Below, piece after piece: positions 37,721 to 49,600 of a stretch of 64,000 nt of DNA; positions within the stretch are counted from its first letter, which is position 1, and each line of letters starts with the position of its first letter. Below the pieces are notes generated by a model, which saw only the letters and a list, made by a program, of their open reading frames with translations, ran no database searches and was not told the DNA's origin. The DNA lies in NCBI GenBank assembly GCA_030390025.1, contig CM059431.1:50902001-50966000 (forward strand), written 5' to 3'. The stretch is from Squalus acanthias (taxonomy: Eukaryota). The position numbers and the translations under genes are program-made.

Positions 37721-40700
37721 GTCGCTTTGATGGAAAGTTAACAGCATGTTTACAGGGTTTTTTTTTAGTTTTACGATTTTGCTTTTTGAGGGCCGTATTT
37801 AGTTTTGATAAGCAGCGCATCTTTAATTCGCCTGTTTCTCTGCTCCCTCTCTGTACAACTATTTCGCCCAGGTGCCATAAACTGCTGGGTGGTTATCAAA
37901 GAGCGCACGAAGCCAGAATTCCAAACAGCTACTCAGAGATTTCGATAAACAACTCGCCGCAAATACTCACTGACAAGTCGACCATGTGAGAACTTCATAA
38001 ACTTTAATGTGACTGGTAAACTCTAACGTCTACTAGACTATATAATATAGGATTCAAAAAAGCCGATAGTTCTTGTGTGTTCTTAATGTCTGTTCAAAGC
38101 AACTATCCTTCGAAAGAGAATCTGACTTTCTCTATGTTTGAGGTGGAGGGGTCTGTGCTCCTGGTCAGCGAGGACTATTCCCTTGCTCTGTCAGTGGTGT
38201 TGGTGTATGGGTGCGTGCTAAAGAGTAAAGATAGGCTTGATACTACCGATAGCCCTGTCCCTTCACTTCACTTCACTCTCCGCTCCGTGCAGTGACAGAC
38301 ATAGGTGCCGACAAATTTACCAGGTGAATGTGTAATCTGGCTTCTATTTGAAAGATGAATTTACAGAAACGTCTCACATTCGAATGTACACCAGAAAAGG
38401 GGAGGATTTTTTTTGGGGGGGCGGTATTTTTGTACATAGAACGGTATATACATATATTCCGACACAGTGTATATTGTGTCTGGGCTTCTACCTCTCCGGT
38501 TGCTGTGGAGTATTGTTGTACTGCTATTGACAGCACGTATTATGAATGATGGACAGCAGCGTTGCTGCAAATTCTGGAGCCAAGTGAACGGCGCGCGCCT
38601 CAGCAATTTACATTTGCACACTTCCCAATTTTTCATGTTTAATATCGATCCTTTGCACGTCCGTGTAAAAAGCCGGCGAGCCCCTTATGACCACTCAATG
38701 GTGAAAAGCAGTCCTTCCCTATTTGTACACAACACTGATTGCCGGCTGCTTTATTTACCAGCTGCAGAGCTTTGCACGAACTGCTTTGACCCGCTACAAA
38801 ATGCTGTATGTTAATATAGATCCCTCTGCATTTATCCCCGCATTCACGCACACCGTAATAAACAGAAGACACGTCTTGCTTGACCTTTGACAAGATTTAA
38901 AGACTCGGGAGGAAAATCCTCGTGACTTTCCTGTCGCGCCGACATCACCCATATGTTAAAAGTGAAAGTAATGTGCTGGTGTTTGAAATGATGGGAAGCG
39001 CGCCCGGAATGGACGCTGCCAAGCGCCTGAAGAGAACAGCCGCTAGCATTTTGTGAGCGTGTCCCCATCAATCACCTCTCGGGGGCGAAAGGGATTTTTT
39101 TTTGTTGTGGAAACGATACTACACGTGCGTCATAAGAACGGCGTATTTCAAATGAAAGCACGCGGAGGGCGGGAGATTTAAATGAAAGCACGCGGAGGGA
39201 TGCATTTGCATGGCCGATGCGTTTGATGATTCCGTGTGTGGTAAAGCGAGGAGTTGAAAGTGCTCTGTGCATCTCTCCGCGGCACCGCAAACCGTGGCCA
39301 ACTGATGGGTCACTACCAGGTCCTGGGCAAAATGAAGGCAGAACTAAAACTCAGGGGACGCTGCAAATGTCAAGTGGAGAACACATGATCGAGGCTGGCG
39401 TGAACACTTACTGGGATGGGAGGGAGGAATAGACCCTAAAGGATATACCATTTAATACATTAGATTTGAAACAAGATTGAAAGCAGGACAGGGACTGGAA
39501 CATGATCTCCTTGACATCAAGGCTAGCTTTATTATTACAAAGCAAGGGACTGATTTGCTTTGCACCGTGCACCACAGACACACGCTTCCCTACAACTCTG
39601 ACACAGCCCTGGGCTTCAGAAAGTCTCCTGTAGAATACTTTCGGGAGATGGTGGTGATAGGGCGGGATATTCAGCTGAACAACGCCTTAATTAAGCAACG
39701 GCTTAATTCACAGCACAATTCAAAGGTTTCAAATCTTTACCTGTATTTTCCCAGCTGGTTTTCAAGTTTTCACCCATCCATTAAACATATGTCATCGCCA
39801 CCAGGACTAGTTTTACACCGGTGCTCATATATACCACCGACTGAATGAATAAACATAAACTGGGTGATTGTTTTAGGGTGGAAACGAAGAAGGTGTATTT
39901 TAAAATGAATAAGAAACATAAGCACAACCAGATACGACCGGTGTGGTTAATGTGCCATTAATAAGATGCCAGTATGGTTGAGGGTTCACAGGCAAACATT
40001 GCAACACTTTGACATCACGGTCACTCAATGCAATCAAACACGTGTGATATTTGGAAGTTTTGCATTAAAATATTTCTTGTTCTAGGTTTAAAACATATTT
40101 CGGACTTTAGCTTACGTCGCAAATGATTACAGGTTTTAAGTGAAACCGAGGTTATGCGATCCCACAAGTCTATGGTCAGATTCCATGACGTGCTTTAAAC
40201 TCACACTTTTCACATCCTCGTTTCGAAAAATACGTTTATTCATTAAGGACAGTAAAACAATGAAGTAATGCAATTCACTAACTTTATCTGTAGACTGATA
40301 GAAAATGTAAACATACACTTCACAAACTTGGCGTAGCATTGAATGTATGACATGCCCCTAGACATTGCACTCCGGAGTTTGCCGGCTAAATGTTACAAAC
40401 AGTCGCTATTATGAGGAATGTACTATTATTATATATTAATGATTTAAATACTATTAAGAAAACTTCAATTTAAATGTGTTTTCTGTTATTTTAGCAACTA
40501 CCGCATTCCATAGCAATGGGCGGTCTCCACGATAACTGGCAACACAGCCCATTGGATAAGTGGTAACTGAGTGAATGTGGCCAGCACAACACGCCACAGT
40601 ATCCAGATATTGCTCAGGTGATGCAATTCCAATGAACCCTCTACACTGGTAACTGCACATACTTTGAAATAGTTATACGTTGTTTAGTGACGGTGTGTTT

Positions 40701-40910
40701 TTGTATGTTCTTATTGCTCCACCACAATTTCAAATAAAATTTAAAGTAAGTCTGTCTATCTTGTCACTTAATGTCAGAGTTCTTTAAAATTGTTTTATAA
40801 CTACTATAAGTGGTATTTATCCCCTTACTAAAAAAAAGGTTGAATTCTTAGATCTGTCTAATAATGCATTGAACGCTAATCGAGTTAATACAGTTTAAAC
40901 TTTGCATTCA

Positions 40911-40926
40911 GCAGCAGAGGGCAGCA
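40911..40926 (+). promoter_or_regulatory. CTCF-like motif
   Basis: GCAGCAGAGGGCAGCA. Confidence 0.55.
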
Positions 40927-40974
40927 ATGCGCATGAACACGTCTGAAGGTGTTTCCAATACTGTACTGGAACAA

Positions 40975-41165
40975 TGGCTGTGGTGAGCGGGCTGCAGCTG
41001 CGTGGTGAATGGATTAACAACTGCTCTTCCAACTGTGGGACGTGAGATCGAATCAAACACAGACTGGTGGGATGGAAGTTTCCCCTCTGGTCAGTGCGAA
41101 AGTCCTTCTTGAAATGATTTTGAACAGACTCGGCCTAATTCTTAGTGACTTCAAATCTACAACTA
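40975..41165 (+). mobile_element. Highly diverged LF-SINE-like element
   Basis: tRNA-like head remnant (gagatcgaatc), then tgaaatgattttgaacagactcggcctaattcttagtg, resembling my recollection of the LF-SINE core. Confidence 0.4.
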
Positions 41166-41687
41166 AACTCTCCGCAGTTCAACGTAGATTAGCCCCCAAA
41201 TTGAAACCCTCACTCTGAGGCTGTGAAGGAGGGCGCCTTTGGAGACTAGGTGGTAAGGCTGGTCCAATAACAGACCAAAAGCACCGACATCCTTCATCTG
41301 ATCAGAACCGTTGTCTTACAAAAATGGTAACAAAAAAGTCCACCTTTGAATTACGTCAGTGGCTTTTGTGTAAAATATAGCTTCAGTCACGGTGTCACAT
41401 TCGGACGCTGCTGTAATATTTAGATAAATCACCGTTAACTTACAAATCATAAATATCATATGACAAAATGCAATCAAACAAGACGAAACATTTTAATCAC
41501 CTTTGAAGACTACAATGTTAATACATTGATTAAAAGTGAAAGGTTTGCCAGCTACTGTGTGTACAGTTTCTCTGTATTTTGTTGCTAGTTATTTGCAGAT
41601 GAATCTACGTCACTGGTGAATATAACAATCCTTTGAGCGCTGCTCTGACTGCCGGTTGCTCAGGCTCACTTACAACACTTCCATCAT

Positions 41688-41820
41688 AAAAGCAAAATAC
41701 TGCGGATGCCGGAAATCTGAAATAAAAACAGAAAATGCTGGAAATACTCAGCAGGTCAGGCAGCATCTGTGGAGAGAGAAACAGAGTTGACGTTTCAGGT
41801 CGATGACCCTTCGTCAGTTC
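41688..41820 (-). mobile_element. Short Penelope-derived repeat with hammerhead core
   Basis: Minus strand CTGACGA-agGGTC-atc-GACCt-GAAACGTC...gatgctgcctgacctgctgagtatttccagc. A small piece also occurs at ~26599-26622. Confidence 0.75.
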
Positions 41821-42250
41821 TGTGGCGCTTCATATTATCTTCGGTGTATTGTCACAATGATAACTTCCCAAAGCTCAAAATACCCATGACATTTCACAAA
41901 AAACTACAAAATATTAAGTTAAAATTCCCTACACACTGCAATTTATGGACAATGATGGGTAGTTGTGAGTAAATGAAATGGTTGTAGCCTAATGCCTCAA
42001 TTCATAGATGGTTTATCAATTGCTCTTAGTGACAGTGCTGTGACACAACCCCTTGGTGTATCACAAAGTCAGGTATCTCCTCAAGCATACTTATATATCT
42101 CTAGAAATCCACTCCAGAGTGGCACTAGCAGAGTCTGAGGAGAGGGGCACTTGCTTGCATTCTTAGGGCATGCTGGATGCTACAGGAATCCTAAAAAGAA
42201 TGGGATAATAATATATAATACAATTTCCACACTATATATATGTTACCAAC

Positions 42251-42468
42251 ACAACAACAACTTGTATTTATATAGTGCCTTTAACGTAGTAAAACGTCCC
42301 AAGGCGCTTCACAGGAGTGTTATAAGACAAAAAAATTGACACCGATCCATATGAGGATAAATTAGGGCAGGTGACCAGAAGCTTGGTCAAAGAGGTAGGT
42401 TTTAAGGAGCGTCTTAAAGGAGGAAAGAGAGGTAGCGAGGCAGACAGGTTTAGGGAGGGAATTCCAGA
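42251..42468 (-). mobile_element. L2-type LINE 3' end
   Basis: Minus strand ends tgtgaagcgccttgggacgttttactacgttaaaggcactatataaatacaag(ttg)n. Confidence 0.75.
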
Positions 42469-42479
42469 CCCCTACATGT

Positions 42480-42710
42480 AATACTATTCCCATTACAAAG
42501 TATAAAGCTGTTCCCTACACTGTACAAACTATGGTTCCTCGCACTAGATACAATTTCATTTCCCACTATATATACAATATCGTTCCCACTAAATATACCA
42601 TTTCGTCACACTATATATAAGAACTTGGCTTACACTAGATAAACCATTCATCACACTGTTTGTAACACATTTCCGCACACGATATATAATACTTCACATA
42701 ATTTAATAAG
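42480..42710. repeat. Degenerate ~23-26 bp minisatellite
   Basis: Recurrent cacta(g/t)ata..caat...ttcc units. Confidence 0.55.
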
Positions 42711-43479
42711 ACCACTGCTGATGGGTATCACATCTTGTTGGGGCCACAGGGAATTTTAGGGATCAATCATAACAGGTGGTACCGTGACACACACACACAA
42801 CCATACCAGTGCTGGCAGGCAGCTGCAATCTCCTCTTTCTCAACCGCGCTGCTGTATCGAGAGGGTCAGACACTTTCCCAAGAGGGTAGACCAATTGAAG
42901 GGAAAGTTATCCCCAGTGTGAACGTTGGGTGCTTCCTAGTGGATGTCCCAGCACAGTGAGGGAGCTGGCAGAGACCTAAGGCAGGACACCCATTTGCGTT
43001 CTCAGCTGCAGGTGAGCCAAGGGATATGGAACAAAACAGATGGATTGATACTCTCACACAACACATAACGTACCACACTAATGACACAAATTGCACCGCA
43101 ATGTTTTAGTATGTTATATACCATCCAATGTCCGTGAAAATGAGTATCTTCATGAAGTTAAACATGTATCATTGGTAATATATCTATAGAGAAAACGATC
43201 TCTTAAATAAAATAAAGGCGTAAAATATCTTAGCAATTTTATTCTTTAAATATTATAACACAGGGCTTGTGATACAGTATTAGTAGAACTCATCAATCCA
43301 AACCATAGTACATTCACAAATTGATTGTTTATATGTCACTTGGTTGCATTAGATGATATAAATATCACTAGGACATAACATGCATCTATCTCTGAATGTT
43401 CCGTTTCAGTGCAGCATTGGTAGAGGTCAGGGATCGTGCCACCCCCTCCCCTTCACCATCTTCCAAGTCACAGAATGCA

Positions 43480-43625
43480 CATAGAACCATTGAATCATAG
43501 AATGAAACAGCACAGAAGAAGGCCATTCGGCCCATCGTGCCCGTGCCGGCTCTTTGAATCGAGCTATCAACTAGTCCCACTCCCCTGCTCTTTCCACATA
43601 GCCCTGCACATTTCCCCCATTCAAG
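43480..43625 (-). mobile_element. Short CR1/SINE 3' end
   Basis: Minus strand gagccggcacgggcacgatgggccgaatggccttcttctgtgctg...ttctatgattc. Confidence 0.75.
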
Positions 43626-46600
43626 TAAGAATCCGAGAACCAAGAAAGGGGGATAAGGAAGGAGAGGGAATGACTCAAAAAGGGTCAATCTAAAAAAACG
43701 AAATACATAAATGTTGCATTAAATTGGGTTATATCCATTCCACTGTACCATTGAACTGATGTGTTAAATAGGATTGGTTAAAGAACAGTAACCTGCGATG
43801 GAGCCCAGTCTCACTATTATCAACTATTCGATGCAGTCACCGATTGAATAAAGATTGAGCTGCTAACATCGCAAGTCACCAGCTATGTTCTTCCAAACTC
43901 AAGTGGAAACTATTTCCTACCTCAATGTAAGATTGACTTTCGTACATACAATAAATATTGTGCAATTTTCAGGATTCGATTAGTCCTTTAGATTATAGAA
44001 GCAATCTCCAGTGTACAGATACCACCAATGGCCATTTCTCCAACTAGTAAGAGTTTTATTGATGTCTATTGTATTCAATATTTGTAGTGCATTAATGTCA
44101 GGAAATTAGATGGCGCTTGTTTTACACGCTGGAGTCTTAACTGACCCAAGCATAGAATTTCAATATATAATTCTCGTTATGTAGTGGTTCTACCAGGAAT
44201 ATACTTATATCCAAGCACAATGCTGGTGGCAATATAACATTTATTGGCAACTAGTTCTGCATTTGTAAGGATTTACCTGCACTTGTTGGCTATCATAGCT
44301 TATCTGTAAAATGGAGCAGGTTACTCGTCTGATGAGGCCATTGCTGCTTTAAGACAATTCGTAGAGATGCTAAGAGTTTATGTATAAAGCCTAACGTTGC
44401 AGTTTAGCCTTCCATCTTCCAGGTCTAAGTTTGGTTTTCATGTGCCAGTTTTATGGTCACAGGCCTGTCATTTTATGTGGCAAAAGAGACTAAGGAAGAA
44501 CGTATTGACTGTTGCTCTCCAACATCACCCAACAAGCTGTTGCCCACCTGTCGCATTATACTGGCCCTGCTGCAAATCTACTCAGACACCATCCATCCTC
44601 ATTTGATATCCTGTGTTAATGTATTGCGCTATCATCGAACATTAAAACAGCATCGCTACGTATAAAGAGCCAAATCTGAACACACCTAGGTTATTCATTT
44701 CTACAGAAAAGTGCCGATATGCCCCTACATTCCAGATACGGTTTTACGGGGTTATAGAAAAGTGTAGGACTCCCCAAGCAAACGTGTGTCTGCGTGGATG
44801 TTATGTAAAAAGAAACGGTATCGTTTGCAACTCATTCTAAACAAATCAAGTCTTCTGATGAGACTTGCGTGCTGCAAAATCCCCCGGCTTCCGAAAGATG
44901 TGGCCAGCTTTCTGACGATGGTACGCAGCTATTTTACCTCAGGCTATAGGAGTGACCATTATAATGTACCATAATGCGCTCAGCATGTGCCTGTGAGTAC
45001 TGTAACAAACTATCAGCAAGCCTTGTAACCACTGAAGTTGAACTCTATTGTTCTCAACAGCAGTTGTTACTTGTGTTCCACTGTTCCACACACCAAACGC
45101 CATTCACTTCGGGAAGCTGATTTGACACATTTTTTCGAAGAAAAATATGGTCAATAGTCCTTACAGTATTCAAAGCCATTTTGATGGAAAGAGAATACCA
45201 AATAGTTGTACAAGAGTTGATCCTTGGTTTCGCTGCCTACTGACCTTCGGCTAGTGTTAAAGTATTGGTTAAGCGTCTGAAATGACCGCGATTTCAATAA
45301 TACACTTTAGGCATTTCTCCTGGGTATGAACTTCTCAAATAGTCTCATTGAGCATAAACTCTTCAACTGACAAGTTATCTGCGGTGTTCAATTAACTTAA
45401 TTTCCTCTACAATGTTTGGTAGATTTACTGTCACTATTTTTGTTTCTTACAGTAAGGTAGTGTAATACGGATTGGAAGCAAAGATGTTGGTTGATTTAAA
45501 AGAACTCCCCGAACGCAGTGTGCGCTGCCGACCATCTGTACTGTGCACGGGTTGAATTTGCAGCATGGTTTAAAGCCTAGAGATTATTAACCAAATAAGC
45601 TCAGATGTAGAAGCTGGCTACCGGCTGAGTTTAACCCCGATTTTCGTATATGCGTTACGTGTTGTAATGTGCTACACACGGGCTGTGTGATTCTGTGGGA
45701 AAAGTAACTGAGTTAAAAATGCAAAAAAATATGGACTCGTGGGCTCACGCCCAAATTATTGCCAGTGACCAGTGACATTTAATTCCCATAAATACTAACC
45801 CTTGCGAATTCTAAGACTTCTCTCACTTAAAAAACGCATATTTCCTTTAAAAAATGCACATATATTCTAATTCTAGTGCGCTGAATATTAGCAAACAAGA
45901 TGGGGGAAATGTGCGGAACTCTGCACATTTCTTAATTAGTATTTTTGGGAAATAACATTGTAATTGAGATACATAACTACAAGGGCAGCTCTGGAAAGAA
46001 TGCTTCTTCCCATAGCTTATAGTTCAGATGCACAGTACATGTAGCAAAATCATCGCAGACAAAACTTTCTATTTTCTTTGCATGTCCTAAAACTGTTTAA
46101 CGAATTTAATTTAAAAATGGAAAAGATATAAAGACAGTTAACACACTGCATTTTTGTTAGCGCTAACAGAATTGTTATAAGAATTGTTGTGGACTGTGGT
46201 GACGGCAGAATGAAAGATTCCTGTACATTTAAATTACTGTTAAAATCATTATATGGGCCAACGGGACTTACACTATCACAGCCTGGAAATGTTTCCGATT
46301 CAAACGTAGATGAACAGCAGTGACTACAATATCCGAATTCACCTCCTCTAAATTCCTTATAAAAAAACCCTCTTTTTTTCCAAACAAGTGTAGCGGTATT
46401 CAAGAACGACCATCTTTGTCAACTCATTCCTACTCTAGGGGTTCCCTAAATTTACTGTGCGACTTACGCAATCTACAGAACATGACTCGCCAGATTCAAA
46501 GTAACTCTGAAATGTATTTCAAAATTGCACATACCTGTTCAGCTCAGACTTGACCAGCCATATGGTGCCATCTGAAATTCTGCAGCAGGATATAATGGAG

Positions 46601-49600
46601 CTATAGCAAAGGGCATCTGTTGTTCATTGTGAAGAGCAATCTAAGAAAAAGTGCGCTGTTAAGCATCTGTCCAAGCATTTCGTACCGTTATGCTCAATGC
46701 CATAACAAAACCAGGATATAAGACTCACCGTTTGTACCTGCATGTTACTCCATATTGCATTCATATGTACCATATTCTAATTAATGAGCATGTCTCAGTT
46801 TCTGTGCTTAAGGTGCGTGCACAATCTGTCCTACTGATTATGTGTTGTACACAGGCATGTCGAACCGTATATTGGTTCATAAGAACATATGCCTGTTAGT
46901 GTGCATGCATTTCGTCCCACCATTCATATGCACATGTTCATGAGTACTGCAGTGTACTATATGGCACACATTTACAGGCCTCGTATTTTGGATAGGAATT
47001 TGTGTTGTTGGCTCCTTTGGTCTGGTAGTCAATGCACTTCAGTTCTAGATTACTTTTCCATGTTGACAAAGATTAACCTCACAACAGTTCATGCGTATAC
47101 ACAAAACACAAATACTACGAACAGTAATAATGTTAAGCTCACCTACCTGATCAATTTAAGAACAGTACTTCAGCTGGTCAACGGATTCCATTAAGCTCGA
47201 CACAATCGTCATTATCAGGTTTTAATGATCACTGGCATTAATATTTATTTTAACATAAACGGTGTCATTATATGAATCTGATTATTTTAACTTCAGGATC
47301 TAACTTTTAGTGCATATTGAATATTAAGTAGCAGAACATAATAGTAATTAGCCGCTTTCCATGTATAATGTTTTAGTGATCCACAATGCAAATTTTGCGT
47401 TTTCACTAGTCATAAGAAGCTGAAGAAAATGTTTTCCTTCCAGTTTTCCAATGTACTAAGAAAATAACATTTATGAGGAAGTTAACCTTCAGCTGAAGGT
47501 ATCCTGGAAACATTTAAACAGCAATATTTTTTGGTATCATTTGTATATGAGGTCTATGGTTGAAAGGGTTAATCCGCCCCGGGGCTTGTTTGATGTTTCA
47601 GATATTATCCCTCCTCCCCCCTCCCACCCTCTATTCTGTCACTTTGTCTTTCTCGTCAGAATTGCTCTAACTTTGACATCCTTGTCCTCCACGTACTAAT
47701 TCTTCTCACCAGGCTCCACATCGACCCGCATCGGAATTAGCCGCGAGAAAAACAGCAAGTAATGGAATATTCACAAAACACACACACACACACACATATA
47801 TAATATTCCCATTATTTCTACTGCATCGCAACGATAATTAACCTCGCCATCTAACTAGTAATAGTAGCAACAAGGTTGGAGTACCTTTGTATTTGGCAGA
47901 ATCAATAATTTAGCTTATAAAGTTTCAATAAATATTTGACAAAGTCTGCAAATACGATTAAAACAAGATAGTAAAACAATATGAAACATAAGTATTTAAG
48001 CGTGTTTTAAAACGTACATTTACCAATCTTTTTACTGTACTTTTTTCAGTGATAATTTGTGAGGTCAAGTTGACCAGTTTGCAAATATTACAGCAGTGAC
48101 CGATCGGTGATGTGAGCAATTAAAGAAACATTGGGCTTTTCTTTTACACACGTAGCATTTTGTTTTTGGAAACCACACACACCAGCATGACACCAAAAAG
48201 CCAGCGAGGTGGTTTTATGAAACTGCTAGACAGAAAGTATAAACTGCATTGTCAGTGTTGTGAAATAGACGGTTAATTTCAGCAGCAGGGTCCAGAAGCA
48301 TATCTTCAAAGTCTGTAATACAGGCTGTATAAAGTCAATGTATCTCCCCTCTGGTTGCAATAGTGCAGTTTGAACAAAGAACTCCCTACCTTTGTGGAGC
48401 TGTGCGGGAATCTTTGGAGACTCGGCTGTTCCCACACGGGTCACCGAATTAATATTTTTCTTTAAGGTATTTTGTGTGACTGTAATTGTACTGTATCACT
48501 TCAGGCCTAGTTCGATTACTCTGCCCCATGTAATAATTACTTTAGGACGGTAAAGAGCCAAGGATGAACGTACAGTATTTTAATGATCGGACCATCAGAA
48601 CTAGTGAGCATTCCTGGCCATAAAACGAAAAGTTCAAATAATCGTGTAACTTCAGTTGTACACTTCAATAATATTTAAAACGGAATAGGTTGATCTACTA
48701 AGGCAGTATCTAGGTGCCTCTAGGCACTAATTTAACTATCAAACCTATGCACAATCATGCCTTAATTCTTACATGTCCGACCCTTCAACAAGACGAGCTA
48801 TGCACTTTTAATACAATTCCACCTTGAATGTGGCAAATTAAATACAGACCTTTAAAAAGATGCTATGTAAAAGGCATTATACACTTTTGGCGCCGGCTTC
48901 TGTAATCAATCAGAAACTAACTGTTAAGTAAAGGAACGGTTAAGGTAAGCAAATAAGAACTCGGTGCAATTCAGTAATTTAAAAAGTATCCGGCATAGTA
49001 TATTAATCATAAACAAAAAACTGTCACTTGTAAGAGAATTGTTTTGAAATCTCGCTTGGTTATATTGAGGTTTATCACAACACTCGGATTCAGGCCCGAA
49101 GTGAAAATGTTTCCCCACCAGATGGAGTGACCTGTTCAATTACTACCCAGGCTGGGCAAGGACACGCCAGTCAATCTGCAACACTCTGCATGGGGAACCG
49201 TCTAAAGTGCAGCCCGCATCGCACAGCAAGAAATAAGCACAGAGCACGACTCTATCTGAATTCATCAAGTATCCCAGAAATCACCTTCACAAACCACTTT
49301 TAGAAATAAATCTAATGCCAGAGGACGTCAATGTATTATCAAAGATTTGATATGCTACTGAATAGTGTGGTGTAACCGAGCAGAATCCGTTTGTACTCCC
49401 TGCAACATTCCCTTATTCATGATAATTAAAACTGTATTCGGTTCCCAAGTTCTGAACACATCTCCAGCGTTGAATTAAAACACACTACAGTCAAGAGAAT
49501 CTGGCAAGCGGTCGTTCTATTATTATTGTTCTCCCAATAAATAATAATATAAAAATGCACTGTATTTCAACTCCGCTTGAATTTAGTTGCTAAGCAACCG

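Noticed and set aside
47485-47500. Perfect 16-bp palindrome ACCTTCAGCTGAAGGT
   Set aside because: About one palindrome of this length is expected by chance in 64 kb, and there is no supporting context.
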